Source: Anaeromyxobacter sp. | Lineage (GTDB): Bacteria > Myxococcota > Myxococcia > Myxococcales > Anaeromyxobacteraceae | Assembly: GCA_049840735.1 (NCBI GenBank) | Contig: JASGJN010000026.1 | Span: 128,001-192,000 of the forward strand | Reading direction: 5' to 3' | Length of the DNA stretch: 64,000 nucleotides | Shown here: piece after piece, positions 40,206 to 50,356 of the stretch | How the letters are laid out: every line of letters starts with the position of its first letter | Numbering within the stretch: position 1 is the first letter of the stretch | Position numbers and translations under genes: made by a program | Notes under the pieces: generated by a model | The model's input: only the letters and a program-made list of their open reading frames with translations | What the model was told of the DNA's origin: nothing | Database searches by the model: none

Positions 40206-40617
40206 GTCCTCTCCCCTGAGGCGTCGGGATTCCTGCGGGACGGCGACGTGCGCCAGCCGGTGAGCGGCCGCGTCGAGGCGCATGTCACGACAAGTGTACA
40301 GACTCGAGACGATCAGTCAGGCCTGCTTCGACGTGAAACAAGGGGACGGTGGAACCCCTGGGACAACTCCCCATGGCCTTCTGGAGGCAACGCATCGCAC
40401 ATGGTCGGCGTCTTCTTCCCCCGTCGAGGGGACGCCGAGATGTCGGGCTCGTCGTGGCCAGCGCCTACCGCGAGCTGAGGTTCCTCGCGTTGTGGCGCGT
40501 CCAGTCAGCGGGCCGCCCGTCGTCCGACTCCGTACCGCCTGCGACGGCGCCACGCTCACGACAACAGGGGTTCGTGCGGCCTGGCTCACGCCGAAGGCAG
40601 CAGGACCATCAAACCCG

Positions 40618-41757
40618 CTAGCTGATCCTCACGCCCGACGCCCCGCCCTCGCGCCGCGCCGAGAGCCGCGCCGGCGAGAACGGCGTCAGGTCCACCGGCG
40701 GCGTGGCCCCGGTGATCGCGGCGGTCAGCGCGTCGGCGGTGATGGGGGCGAGCAGGATGCCGTTGCGGGTGTGGCCGGTGGCGTAGAACAGGCCGGGCAC
40801 GGTGCCGGCGCCGAGGATGGGCTCGCCGTCGGGGCTGGCGGGGCGGAAGTTGGACCAGGTCTCCACCACCGGCGCGTTCGCCAGCGAGGGGGCCACCTCC
40901 AGCGCGACGCCCAGCACGTGGCGCAGGCCGCCGGCGGTGACGTTCTTCTCGAAGCCGACGTCCTCCATGGTGGAGCCGCAGAGGATCCGGCCGTCGGCGC
41001 GCGGGACGACGTAGCCGTGGCCGGAGAAGATCACGCGCGAGAGGAGCGGCGGGCGGGTGTCGAGCACGGCGATTTGCCCGCGCACCGGCCGGACCGCGCC
41101 GGGGGGCAGGCCGTTGCCCTCCACCAGCAGGCTCCAGCTCCCGGCGGCCAGCACCACCGCGCCGGCGGCGATGCGGCCGGACTCGTGATCCACGCCCACG
41201 GCGCGGCCGTTCTCGACCACGATGCGGCGGACGCCGCCGGTGACCAGCCGGGCGCCGGCCCGCGCGGCCGCCACGTAGACGGCGCGCGCCAGGTGGCGGG
41301 GATCGACCGAGGCCTCCTCGGGGAAGAAGAGCGCGCCTCGCGCCTCGCGCGACACGCCCGGCTCGAGCCGGTGCACCTCGGCGTCGTCCAGCACCTGCAC
41401 GCCGATGCCGCCCTTGCCGAGCTTCTCCGCCCGGCCGGCCAGCACGCGGGCGTGCTGGTCGTCGAGCGCCACCTCCAGCGTGCCGTTGCGGCGGAACTCG
41501 ACCCACAGGCCGGAGCGCGCCTCCACCTCGCGGGCGAAGGCCTCGTAGCGCGCCAGCGACGCCTGGCAGAGCGCGTAGAACGGTCCGGGCTCGAGCGCCT
41601 CGACGCCCGGGGAGAGGATCCCGCCGGCCGCGCTGGACGCCTCGGCGCCGGGGACCGACCGCTCCAGCACGGTGACCTTGAGGCCCGCCTGCGCCAGCCG
41701 CAGCGCCACCGAGGAGCCCTGCAGGCCGGCGCCGATCACCACCACGTCGCTCGTCAT
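40618..41757 (-). CDS. thiO: Glycine oxidase ThiO
   Basis: VIGAGLQG, ASSAAGGIL, PVRGQI, YVVPRADG, GHTRNGILLAP motifs. Confidence 0.85.
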   Translation of the reverse strand: MTSDVVVIGAGLQGSSVALRLAQAGLKVTVLERSVPGAEASSAAGGILSPGVEALEPGPFYALCQASLARYEAFAREVEARSGLWVEFRRNGTLEVALDDQHARVLAGRAEKLGKGGIGVQVLDDAEVHRLEPGVSREARGALFFPEEASVDPRHLARAVYVAAARAGARLVTGGVRRIVVENGRAVGVDHESGRIAAGAVVLAAGSWSLLVEGNGLPPGAVRPVRGQIAVLDTRPPLLSRVIFSGHGYVVPRADGRILCGSTMEDVGFEKNVTAGGLRHVLGVALEVAPSLANAPVVETWSNFRPASPDGEPILGAGTVPGLFYATGHTRNGILLAPITADALTAAITGATPPVDLTPFSPARLSARREGGASGVRIS

Positions 41758-41824
41758 GCGGGGGACACTACGTCCAGGGGGCCGCGGCGGGAAGCGAGGT
41801 TTCGCCGCGGGGCTGTGGGCGCCT

Positions 41825-41878
41825 GCCCTTCGACTTCGCCGCCGCCCGAAGGGCGACGGCTACGCTCAGGGCGAACGG
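41825..41878 (+). repeat. TTCGAC...GCTCAG repeat copy
   Basis: CCCTTCGACTTC-GCCGCCGCCC gaa GGGCGACGGC-TACGCTCAGGGCGAACGG. Confidence 0.88.
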
Positions 41879-41919
41879 GGTTGGCGAGCGGGGGCTGCGA
41901 GAGGCCCGGAGCCGGACCG

Positions 41920-42568
41920 CTAGTGCGCCGCCGGCGCCCCGTCCAGCCCGCGCTGCGCCGGCGAGAGCCCGTGCGTCAAGAGCTGCAGCACGTGCTGCCG
42001 CCAGGTCTCCGGCGGCAGGGGCGACGAGACGAACGGCCGCACGGCCTCGTGCGCGGAGGCCACCAGCGCGGAGAGCCCGCCCACCGTCACCACCGCCAGC
42101 ACCGGGTCCACGCCGCGGCCGGCGTCGCCGTTGGTGCCGATGGAGGCGGCGGCGCGGCGGACCGGCTCGAGCAGCGCCGGCTCGGCGGCGGTGAGCGAGG
42201 AGAGGAACGGCGCGCCGTCGAGGTACTCGCGCACCAGGATCTGCGCGCCCTGCGGGTCGCGGCTCATGGCGTCGAGGTAGGCCGCCACCACCGTCTCCGG
42301 GCCACCCGGCCCGGCCTCGATCAGCGCCGCGATTCTCGTTGGTGGCGGTGAGCCACACCGAGCGCAGGATGTCGAGGTAGAGGGCGCGCTTCGACGCCCA
42401 GTGACGGTAGATGAGCGCGACGTTGCACGAGGCGCCGCGGGCGATGCCCTGCACGCGCGCGCCGTGATAACCGCGCTTCGAGAACTCGGTGCGCGCCGCT
42501 TCCCAGATCCGCTCCGCGATCCCCGCGCGCGGCGGGCCGATGCGACGAGTGGCGACCGAACCGTCCAT
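41920..42568 (-). CDS. TetR/AcrR family regulator (apparent frameshift near 42333)
   Basis: HTH ERIWEAARTEFSKRGYHGARVQGIA..ALIYRHWASK; C-terminal half in ORF 41920..42591. Confidence 0.88.
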
Positions 42569-42604
42569 GAATGCCGATTTACTGACCACATTGACGCGGG
42601 TCAA
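42569..42604 (-). promoter_or_regulatory. tetR promoter TTGACC-17-TAAATC overlapping the palindrome TTGAC-N4-GTCAA
   Basis: -35 at 42599-42604, -10 at 42576-42581, 7 nt to ATG; palindrome at 42591-42604. Confidence 0.6.
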
Positions 42605-42714
42605 GTCGGCCTTGGTCACCCTTGGGCCGCGTCGGTGCCATCATCTATAGAAGGGCGGGGTGGAGCCCCTGGATGCCGCGGTGCGGCAAGGTGCCCAGGG
42701 GCCTGCCAGCGAAG

Positions 42715-43921
42715 ATGACCGGCCCGCGGACCATCCTGCACCTCGATCTGGACGCCTTCTACGCGTCAGTGGAGCAGCTCGACCACCCAGAGCTGCGCGG
42801 CCGGCCGGTGATCGTGGGCGGCACGGCGCGGCGCGGCGTGGTCTGCGCGGCCAGCTACGAGGCGCGCCGCTTCGGGGTCCGCTCGGCCATGCCCACCTCG
42901 CGGGCCCACAAGCTCTGCCCGGACGGCGTCTTCCTGCCTCCGCGCTTCGAGCGCTACGGCGCGCTGTCCGAGCACATCTTCGGCATCTACCGGCGCTACA
43001 CGCCGCTGGTGGAGCCGCTCTCGCTCGACGAGGCCTTCCTGGACGTCTCCGCCAGCCGGGCGCTGCACGGCGCCGGGCGCGACATCGCGGTGGCCATCAA
43101 GCGCGCGGTGCGGGGCGAGTGCGGCCTGGCCGTCTCGGCCGGCGTGGCCGAGGTGAAGCTGGCGGCCAAGATCGCCACCGACCTGGGCAAGCCGGACGGG
43201 CTGGTGGAGGTGCCGGCCGGCGGGGTGGAGGCCTTCCTGGCGCCGCTGCCGGTGGGGCGGCTGTGGGGCGTGGGCGAGGTGACCGAGGCGGCGCTGCAAC
43301 GGGTGGGCGTGGCCACCATCGGCGACCTGGTGCAGAAGCCGGAGATCGTGCTGGCCGGCGCCATCGGCGCCTCGCACGCGCGCGGGCTGCAGGCGCTGGC
43401 TCGCGGCGAGGATCCGCGCGAGGTGGTGCCGGACGAGGCGGCCCGCTCGGTGGGCGCGGAGGAGACCTTCGGCGAGGACCTGGCCGAGCGGGCGGCGCTG
43501 GAGCGCGAGCTGCTGGCGCAGGCCGGGCGGGTGGGGCGGCGGCTGCGCCGGGCCGGGCTGTCGGGGCGGGTCGTGACGCTCAAGGTGAAGTACGCCGACT
43601 TCACGCTCATCACGCGGCGGGTCACCCTGGATCACCCCACCGACGACGACCGCGCCGTCTTCCACGCCGCCCGCGCGCAGCTGGACCGGGTGGACCTGTC
43701 CCGGCCCATCCGCCTGACCGGCATCTCGGTCTCCGGCTTCGCCGGCGAGGAGGAGCGCGAGCAGCTGGGGCTCTTCCCCGGCGTGAGCGAGGGCCCGCCG
43801 CCGCCGGCCGACGCCGAGCGGCGGCGCCGGCTCAACGCCGCGGTGGACGCGCTGGCGCAGAGGTTCGGGCGCGGGACGGTGACGCCGGCGGATTCTGGCG
43901 GGAAGGGACGACGAGGACTGA
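42715..43921 (+). CDS. dinB: DNA polymerase IV (likely corrected end 43921; uncorrected ORF runs to 43971)
   Basis: HLDLDAFYASVE, ASYEARRFGV, LSLDEAFLD and KPDG motifs. Confidence 0.95.
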
Positions 43922-43958
43922 GCGCGTCCTGCTGGGGTCGGGCCGGCCATCACAGGCC

Positions 43959-44006
43959 CCGTTCGTCCTGAGCGTAGCGCCCGCGCAGCGGGCGCGGAGT
44001 CGAAGG
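43959..44006 (-). repeat. TTCGAC...GCTCAG repeat copy
   Basis: Same internal hairpin as the 29019 copy, on the minus strand. Confidence 0.88.
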
Positions 44007-44196
44007 ACAAGTCCTCGCGCGCTCCCCTTCGTGGTTCGACTCCAGGCCGGCCGTCGGATCCGGCGGCGCGAGCCCGGCCGTCCACTCAGCCGGGAGCCGG
44101 GGCGACGGGCTGCCCCGCCCCCCGCTCGCGGCGGAGGCCAGCGGGGGCGGGCCGCCAGGCTTCCCCCGGCCGCGCGTGCGCCCCAGGTTTCTCTCC

Positions 44197-45015
44197 ATGA
44201 TCGCGGGCGCGGAGGACGACGTGGAGCGGAGCCAGGGAGAGCTGGACGCCAGGGCGGACGCCCTGCGGGCGCTCGCCGGCTCGCACGTCCCCTTCCTGGT
44301 GGCCGGCGCCTACGCCTTCTTCGAGTACACCGGCATCTTCCGGGACACCAAGGACCTGGACCTGTTCCTGCGCGAGCGCGACCTGGAGGACGCGTTCCGG
44401 GTGCTGGAGGGGGCGGGGTTCCGCACCGAGCTGACCGACCCGGGCTGGATCGGCAAGGCCTGGCGCGGCGAGTGGTTCGTGGACCTGATCTTCTCCTCCG
44501 GCAACGGCGTGGCGGTGGTGGACGACGCCTGGTTCGAGAACGCGCGCCCGGGGCGCGTCATGGACGTGCCGGTGCTGCTGGCGCCGCCGGAGGAGATGAT
44601 CTGGTCGAAGGGGTTCGTGCTGGAGCGCGAGCGCTACGACGGCGCCGACGTGAACCACCTGCTGCACGCCTGCGGCGAGCACATGGACTGGGCCCGCCTG
44701 CTGCGCCGCTTCGATCGCTACTGGGAGGTCCTCTTCTCGCACCTGCTGCTCTACACCTTCGCCTTCCCCGCCTCGCGCACCGTGGTGCCGGCGTGGGTGA
44801 TGGACCACCTGGCGCGCCGCACGCTCGACGCGCACGCCGCGGGCGACCACCCGCTGGACATGTGCCGCGGGCCGCTCATGTCGCGCGTCCAGTACCAGCA
44901 CGACCTCGACAGCGGGCTCGTCAACGGGCGCCGCTGGGACGAGGGCGACCGGCAGGGGAGGACGGCGGAGCATGGCGGACGCGAACGGGACCTTTCGCCT
45001 GGCGGCGGCGGCTGA
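44197..45015 (+). CDS. Pol-beta-superfamily nucleotidyltransferase
   Basis: VAGAYA..RDTKDLDLF (G..DxD) signature; third Asp in FVDLIF. Confidence 0.82.
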   Translation: MIAGAEDDVERSQGELDARADALRALAGSHVPFLVAGAYAFFEYTGIFRDTKDLDLFLRERDLEDAFRVLEGAGFRTELTDPGWIGKAWRGEWFVDLIFSSGNGVAVVDDAWFENARPGRVMDVPVLLAPPEEMIWSKGFVLERERYDGADVNHLLHACGEHMDWARLLRRFDRYWEVLFSHLLLYTFAFPASRTVVPAWVMDHLARRTLDAHAAGDHPLDMCRGPLMSRVQYQHDLDSGLVNGRRWDEGDRQGRTAEHGGRERDLSPGGGG

Positions 45016-45703
45016 CCTCCACTGCCGGCACGATCAGCACGGCCGCTTCCGCGAGTTGGTGAGGATGGTGAACGGCGAGGCCGAGGGCCTGGTGCTGGCC
45101 GGCGACCTCACCGACCACGGCCAGCTGGACGAGGCCAAGACGCTGGCGGAGGCGCTCTCCGAGCTGCGCGTGCCCTGCGCCGCGGTGCTGGGCAACCACG
45201 ACTTCGAGGGCGGCATCGTCCGCGAGATCGTCCGGCTGCTGGCCGAGGTGAAGGTGGTGGTGCTGGACGGGGACCACGCCGTCTTCAACCGCCGGCTGGG
45301 CGTGGCCGGCGTGAAGGGCTTCGGCGGCGGCTTCGACCGCGGCATGCTCCAGGCCTTCGGCGAGCCGGCCATCAAGGCCTTCGTGCAGGAGGCGGTCAAC
45401 GAGTCGCTGAAGCTCGAGGCCGCGCTGGCGCAGCTGGAGGTGGAGAAGAAGGTGGTGGTGATGCACTACGCGCCCATCGCCGCCACCTGCGTGGGAGAGG
45501 ACGCCGCGCTGGGGCCGTACCTGGGCACCAGCCGCCTGACCGCGCCCTGCGAGGCCTTCGACGCCCTGGCCGTCTTCCACGGCCACGCGCACCACGGCAC
45601 GCCCGAGGGGCGCACGCCCAAGGGCATCCCGGTCTACAACGTGGCCATGCCGCTCCTGCGGAGGACCATGAACGACCGGCGGTTCAGGGTGGTGGAGCTG
45701 TAG
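44972..45703 (+). CDS. Calcineurin-like metallophosphoesterase
   Basis: ADLH, GDLTD, GNHD, MHY and HGHAH motifs. Confidence 0.9.
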   Translation: MADANGTFRLAAAADLHCRHDQHGRFRELVRMVNGEAEGLVLAGDLTDHGQLDEAKTLAEALSELRVPCAAVLGNHDFEGGIVREIVRLLAEVKVVVLDGDHAVFNRRLGVAGVKGFGGGFDRGMLQAFGEPAIKAFVQEAVNESLKLEAALAQLEVEKKVVVMHYAPIAATCVGEDAALGPYLGTSRLTAPCEAFDALAVFHGHAHHGTPEGRTPKGIPVYNVAMPLLRRTMNDRRFRVVEL

Positions 45704-45709
45704 ATCCCT

Positions 45710-45799
45710 GGCCTTCGACTCCGGGCCGCTGCGCGGCCCTACGCTCAGGCCGAACGGAGCGTGAACCTCGCGTGCCGCGTCACGGGCGGAGTCGAAGGG
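45710..45799. repeat. TTCGAC...GCTCAG repeat copy plus partial inverted copy
   Basis: Full copy at 45710-45757; GGAGTCGAAGGG remnant at 45788-45799. Confidence 0.85.
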
Positions 45800-45805
45800 C
45801 AGGCC

Positions 45806-46186
45806 TCAGTGCCGCATCGGCGGCGGCCCCGCCGCCTTGCGGACGCGCTCCAGGATCTCGTCCATCCCCACCGACTTCGGGATGTAGCCCTGGGCGCCCA
45901 GCAGCTCGGCCTCCCACTCGAAGCCATAGGCGGAGAGGATGAGGATGGGCACGGCGGCGCTGCGGGCGTCGCCGCGCATCCGCTCCATCACGCCCCAGCC
46001 GTCCAGCACCGGCATCTTGAGGTCCAGCAGCACGATGCCGGGCGCTTCCTCGGTGACGCGGGTGAGCGCCACCTCGCCGTTCTCGGCGCGCTGGACCGGG
46101 TACCCGGCCTCCGTGAGCACCTCCGAGAGCGCCTCGCGGAAGTCGTCGTCGTCGTCCACCACCAGGATGTACTGGCCGGGGGTCAT
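45806..46186 (-). CDS. Single-domain response regulator
   Basis: ILVVDDD, LLDLKMP (phospho-Asp), ILSA, IPK. Confidence 0.9.
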   Translation of the reverse strand: MTPGQYILVVDDDDDFREALSEVLTEAGYPVQRAENGEVALTRVTEEAPGIVLLDLKMPVLDGWGVMERMRGDARSAAVPILILSAYGFEWEAELLGAQGYIPKSVGMDEILERVRKAAGPPPMRH

Positions 46187-47139
46187 GCGGTGCCCTCTCC
46201 ACGGAGCGTACGGGCGATCTCGGCGGCGATCCGGCGCGCCTCGGGCAGCGTTCCCGGCGGCAGCGTCACCGCGCCCACCACCGGGTGGCCGCCTCCGCCG
46301 TACCGTTCGCAGAGCTTGGAGATGTCGTGCCGGCGGCGCTCGCGCGCCCAGGGGTTGGAGCCCACCGAGACCTTGGTCTTCTTGGCGTCGCGCGAGATCA
46401 CCACCGTGTAGGTGGCGTCCGGGTAGAGCTCGTAGGCGATGAACTTGTTGGCGCCCTCGAGCGGCGTGTCGCCCAGGTCCACCTCCACCACGCCGTCGGA
46501 CTGGCGGGCGTGCTGGCGGACCACCGAGATGGCGCCCTGGTGCCGCTCGAGGATGGGGCCGAGGGGCGCGGTGACCCAGGGCTCGGCGGCGATGGCCTGG
46601 AGCGGCTGGCGCTGCATCGCCTCGATGAGCCTCGTCGGGACGGCCGGGTCCTTGGTGGCCTCCAGCAGCGTCATGATCCGGAGGGCCGGCTCCTCCAGCC
46701 GCACGGCCTGCGCCGGCGACTCGAAGCTGGCCGAGTCGATCACGTCGGCCCAGCGGATCAGGTCCTCGAGGTCGGTGGCCCGCCAGCCGTCCCGCCCGGC
46801 CAGCGTCCGGGCGATGAACCCGGTGCAGCTGGGGGCGGTCGGGTCCCAGAACTTCTGGCCCGTGCCATCGGCGTCGAAGGCAGCCCGGTCGGCCGGGGTG
46901 GGGAAGCCGCTGGCGTGGTGGTCGAACCACCAGTGAAGCCGGGGCGAGAAGCGGAAGTCGACGCAGGCCACCAGCTCCGCCTCGAACGCGTCGGGCGGGA
47001 AGGGGTCGCCGGGCTGGTGGTGCAGGGGCCTGAAGGTGGCGCTCCCGGCCCCGAGCCGCTCCCGCGCGTAGCGGCCGAACAGGGCGGCCGAGGCGCAGCC
47101 GTCGAAGCAGTTGCCGTGATAGAGGATCTGGGCGTGCAT
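46183..47139 (-). CDS. DHH-family phosphoesterase
   Basis: YHGNCFDG, CVDF, WWFDHH and GGGGH motifs. Confidence 0.82.
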   Translation of the reverse strand: MHAQILYHGNCFDGCASAALFGRYARERLGAGSATFRPLHHQPGDPFPPDAFEAELVACVDFRFSPRLHWWFDHHASGFPTPADRAAFDADGTGQKFWDPTAPSCTGFIARTLAGRDGWRATDLEDLIRWADVIDSASFESPAQAVRLEEPALRIMTLLEATKDPAVPTRLIEAMQRQPLQAIAAEPWVTAPLGPILERHQGAISVVRQHARQSDGVVEVDLGDTPLEGANKFIAYELYPDATYTVVISRDAKKTKVSVGSNPWARERRRHDISKLCERYGGGGHPVVGAVTLPPGTLPEARRIAAEIARTLRGEGTA

Positions 47140-47441
47140 TGGGGCGCGGGAATCTAGTGACCCAGGGAGCATAGCGTCAACGACGGGCGCGCGGTCCTTC
47201 GCGGCCGGAGGCCGACCCGTAGGGGTGGACGCGGCCGGGCGCTAGCGGTCGCGGATCCGCCGCAGCGGACGTCGCGGTGTCCCCCACACGCACGACAAGT
47301 GAAACGACCTGCCCCTCCGGTCACCGCCGTTCCGGGGCGGCTGCGCGCCCCCGCCGCGCTGGGGGCCCGGGCGCGACCCACACCACCGGCCCGCCGCAGT
47401 GGTAGCGAGCGCGCGATCCCCCGGGTTAGACTCCCGCCCAA

Positions 47442-48409
47442 ATGGATGCGATCCGCGTCGGGGCCCTCCTCGACGACACGAAATTCGACCTCCGCCTCTC
47501 CCTGGTGGCGGGCAAGCAGGGGCTCTCCCGGCGCATCAGCGCGTCGCGCATCCAGAAGCCGGGCCTGGTGCTGGCCGGCTTCACCGAGTACCTGCACAAG
47601 GAGCGCGTCCAGGTCTTCGGCAACACCGAGATGAGCTACCTGGGCACGCTCCACCGCGACCGCGCCATCGCGGTGCTGCGGAGCTTCTTCGCCCAGGACA
47701 TCGCCTGCCTGGTGGTGACCAAGGGGCTGGACGTCCCGCCGGAGATGGCCGCGGCGGCCGACGAGGCCGGCGTGCCGCTGCTCGTGAGCAGCCACCTCTC
47801 CTCCACCTTCATCGAGTCGGTCCAGGGCTACCTGGAGGAGATCCTCACCGCCCAGACCTCGATGCACGGCGTGCTGCTCGACGTCTTCGGCGTCGGCATC
47901 CTGCTGCTGGGCAAGTCGGGCATCGGCAAGAGCGAGAATCGCCCTCGACCTCATCATGCGCGGCCACCGGCTGGTGGCCGACGACATCGTGGACGTGAAG
48001 CGCCGGACGCCCGAGTCGGTCTACGGCGCCGGCTCCGAGATCATCAAGCACCACATGGAGATCCGGGGCCTCGGCATCATCAACATCAAGGACCTGTTCG
48101 GCGTCGCCTCCATCCGCGATCGGAAGAAGATCGAGAATCGTGCTCGAGCTGGTGGAGTGGGACCCGAGCGTGGAGTACGACCGGCTGGGCGTCGAGGACA
48201 AGAAGTTCCGCATCCTCGACGTGGAGATCCCCATGCTGATCGTGCCGGTCCGCCCGGGAAGGAACATGACCACCATCGTCGAGGTGGCTGCACGCAACCA
48301 CCTGCTCAAGGAGCAAGGCCACCACTCCGCCCGTGAGTTCCAGGAGCGGCTCAACCGCGCCATCGCGCTCGCCCCTGGCAGCCGCGTCGGCGAGATGGAC
48401 GTCGAATGA
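47442..48409 (+). CDS. hprK: HPr kinase/phosphorylase (two apparent frameshifts)
   Basis: Walker [42 protein letters not shown]. Confidence 0.94.
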
Positions 48410-49278
48410 GCGAGATGGGCGTCCAGGTCGTCATCCTCACCGGCGTGTCGGGGTCGGGCAAGACCACCGCCCTGCGCGCGCTCGAGGACGCCGGCTTCTA
48501 CTGCGTCGACAACCTCCCCATCGTGTTCCTCGAGAAGCTGCTCGAGCTCTCCGGCCACACCGCCGGAGAGGTCTCGCGCATCGCGCTGGTGGTGGACGCG
48601 CGCGAGGGGCGCTTCCTCGGCGAGGCGCCGCGGGTCATCCAGGAGCTGCGCCAGCAGGGCAGCGACGTCGAGGTGCTGTTCCTCGACTGCTCGGACGAGT
48701 CGCTGGTCCGCCGCTACTCCGAGACCCGCCGCCGCCACCCGCTGGCGGGCGAGGGCGGCAGCGTGCCGGACGGCATCGCCGCCGAGCGCCGCGCGCTGGC
48801 CGACCTCAAGACCATCGCCGACGAGGTCATCGACACCACCACGCTCAACGTCCACGAGCTCAAGCGCCTGGTCACCCGGCGCTTCGTGGCCGGCGAGGGG
48901 GCCAAGCTGGGCCTCACCGTGGTCTCGTTCGGCTTCCGGTTCGGCATCCCCACCCACGCCGACCTGGTGCTCGACGTCCGCTTCCTGCCCAACCCGTACT
49001 TCATCCCGGAGCTGAAGCCCTTCCCCGGCACGGACCCCAAGGTCGCCGGCTTCGTGCTGGGCCAGCCGGACGCGAAGGCGTTCCTGGAGCGGCTCCAGGA
49101 TCTGCTCGGCTTCCTGCTCCCGCGCTACCGGAGCGAGGGCAAGAGCTACCTGACCATCGCGATCGGCTGCACGGGGGGCAAGCACCGCTCGGTGGCCCTG
49201 GCCGCCGCGCTCTCCGAACGGCTGGGGGCGGGCGGGCAGCAGGTCAGGCTCTGGCACAGGGACGTCGAGAAGGAGTAG
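48406..49278 (+). CDS. rapZ: RNase adapter RapZ (YvcJ)
   Basis: [41 protein letters not shown] motifs. Confidence 0.95.
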   Translation: MSEMGVQVVILTGVSGSGKTTALRALEDAGFYCVDNLPIVFLEKLLELSGHTAGEVSRIALVVDAREGRFLGEAPRVIQELRQQGSDVEVLFLDCSDESLVRRYSETRRRHPLAGEGGSVPDGIAAERRALADLKTIADEVIDTTTLNVHELKRLVTRRFVAGEGAKLGLTVVSFGFRFGIPTHADLVLDVRFLPNPYFIPELKPFPGTDPKVAGFVLGQPDAKAFLERLQDLLGFLLPRYRSEGKSYLTIAIGCTGGKHRSVALAAALSERLGAGGQQVRLWHRDVEKE

Positions 49279-49402
49279 CGGCCCTGGGTGCGTCGGTCCG
49301 GTGGCTTCCCCGGACCAGCACGGCTATGGTACGCCCGCCGGTCGCTCCGGCCCGAGGCGGTGCAGCGCCGTCCGGGACCGGGGTGAGCGGAGCGCGCACA
49401 TC

Positions 49403-49822
49403 ATGCTCGGTCTAGTCGTCGCCACGCACGGGCAGCTCGCCGAGGAGCTCCTCCGCACCGCGGTCTCCATCGTCGGCCCGCTGGAGCGGTGCGAGGCGGT
49501 CAGCATCGCCGCCGGCGTCTCGATGGAGGACGCGCGCGCCCGCCTGGGGGACGCCGTCCGCCGGGTGGACGACGGGGGCGGGGTGCTGGTGCTCACCGAC
49601 ATGTTCGGCGGCACGCCGGCCAACCTGGCCCTGACCTTCCTCGACGAGAAGCTCGAGGTGGTCACCGGCGTGAACCTCCCCATGATCCTCAAGCTCGCCA
49701 CCGCGCGGGCGGACAACCTCACCCTGCAGGCGGCCGCCCAGCTGGTGACGGCCTACGGCCAGAAGAACATCACCCTCGCCTCCGAGCTGCTGCGCACGCG
49801 GGCGCGCTCCACCCGCCCTTGA
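49403..49822 (+). CDS. PTS mannose/fructose-type EIIA
   Basis: VVATHG, TDMFGGTP and TGVNLPM motifs. Confidence 0.92.
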   Translation: MLGLVVATHGQLAEELLRTAVSIVGPLERCEAVSIAAGVSMEDARARLGDAVRRVDDGGGVLVLTDMFGGTPANLALTFLDEKLEVVTGVNLPMILKLATARADNLTLQAAAQLVTAYGQKNITLASELLRTRARSTRP

Positions 49823-49861
49823 CCCGTTGAATCGGACCCGCCGCCCGAGCGTCCCCACGCC

Positions 49862-50356
49862 GTGATCGCCCTCGTCCGCGTCGACAACCGGCTGCTGCAC
49901 GGCCAAATCCTGGAGGCCTGGATCCCCAGGCTGCGGATTGACCGCGTGGTGGTGGCCGACGACGAGGCCGCCGCCAGCCCCCTGGCCAGCGCCGCGATGA
50001 CGCTGTGTGTACCCCCCGAGCTGCCGGTCCGGATCGTGCCCCTGGGTGAGGTGGACCCCCGCGCCCTGGCGGCCGGGGCGGCCAAGGTGCTGATCCTGGT
50101 GCGGGACGTGGCGGCCCTGGGCGCCCTGCGCGCCGCCGGCCTGACCCCAGGGCTCGCGCGGACGGTGAACCTGGGCAACATCCACTTCGGCCCGGACCGG
50201 CGCACCGTGACGCCCTCGGTCTTCCTGGCGGCCCCGGAGGTCGAGTCCCTGCGCGCGCTCGCCGCGGAGGGGTTCGAGGTCGAGGCGCGGGCGATACCGG
50301 CCGAGGCCCCCGCCGGGATGGCAGAGATCGAACGCCGGTACGCCGCTGGGCATTGA
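49862..50356 (+). CDS. PTS mannose-type EIIB
   Basis: RVDNRLLHGQ and VNLGN motifs. Confidence 0.9.
   Translation: MIALVRVDNRLLHGQILEAWIPRLRIDRVVVADDEAAASPLASAAMTLCVPPELPVRIVPLGEVDPRALAAGAAKVLILVRDVAALGALRAAGLTPGLARTVNLGNIHFGPDRRTVTPSVFLAAPEVESLRALAAEGFEVEARAIPAEAPAGMAEIERRYAAGH

Noticed and set aside
37200..40610. Integron cassette array or prophage in the lower-GC patch
   Set aside because: No attC-like sites, integrase or phage genes were recognised.
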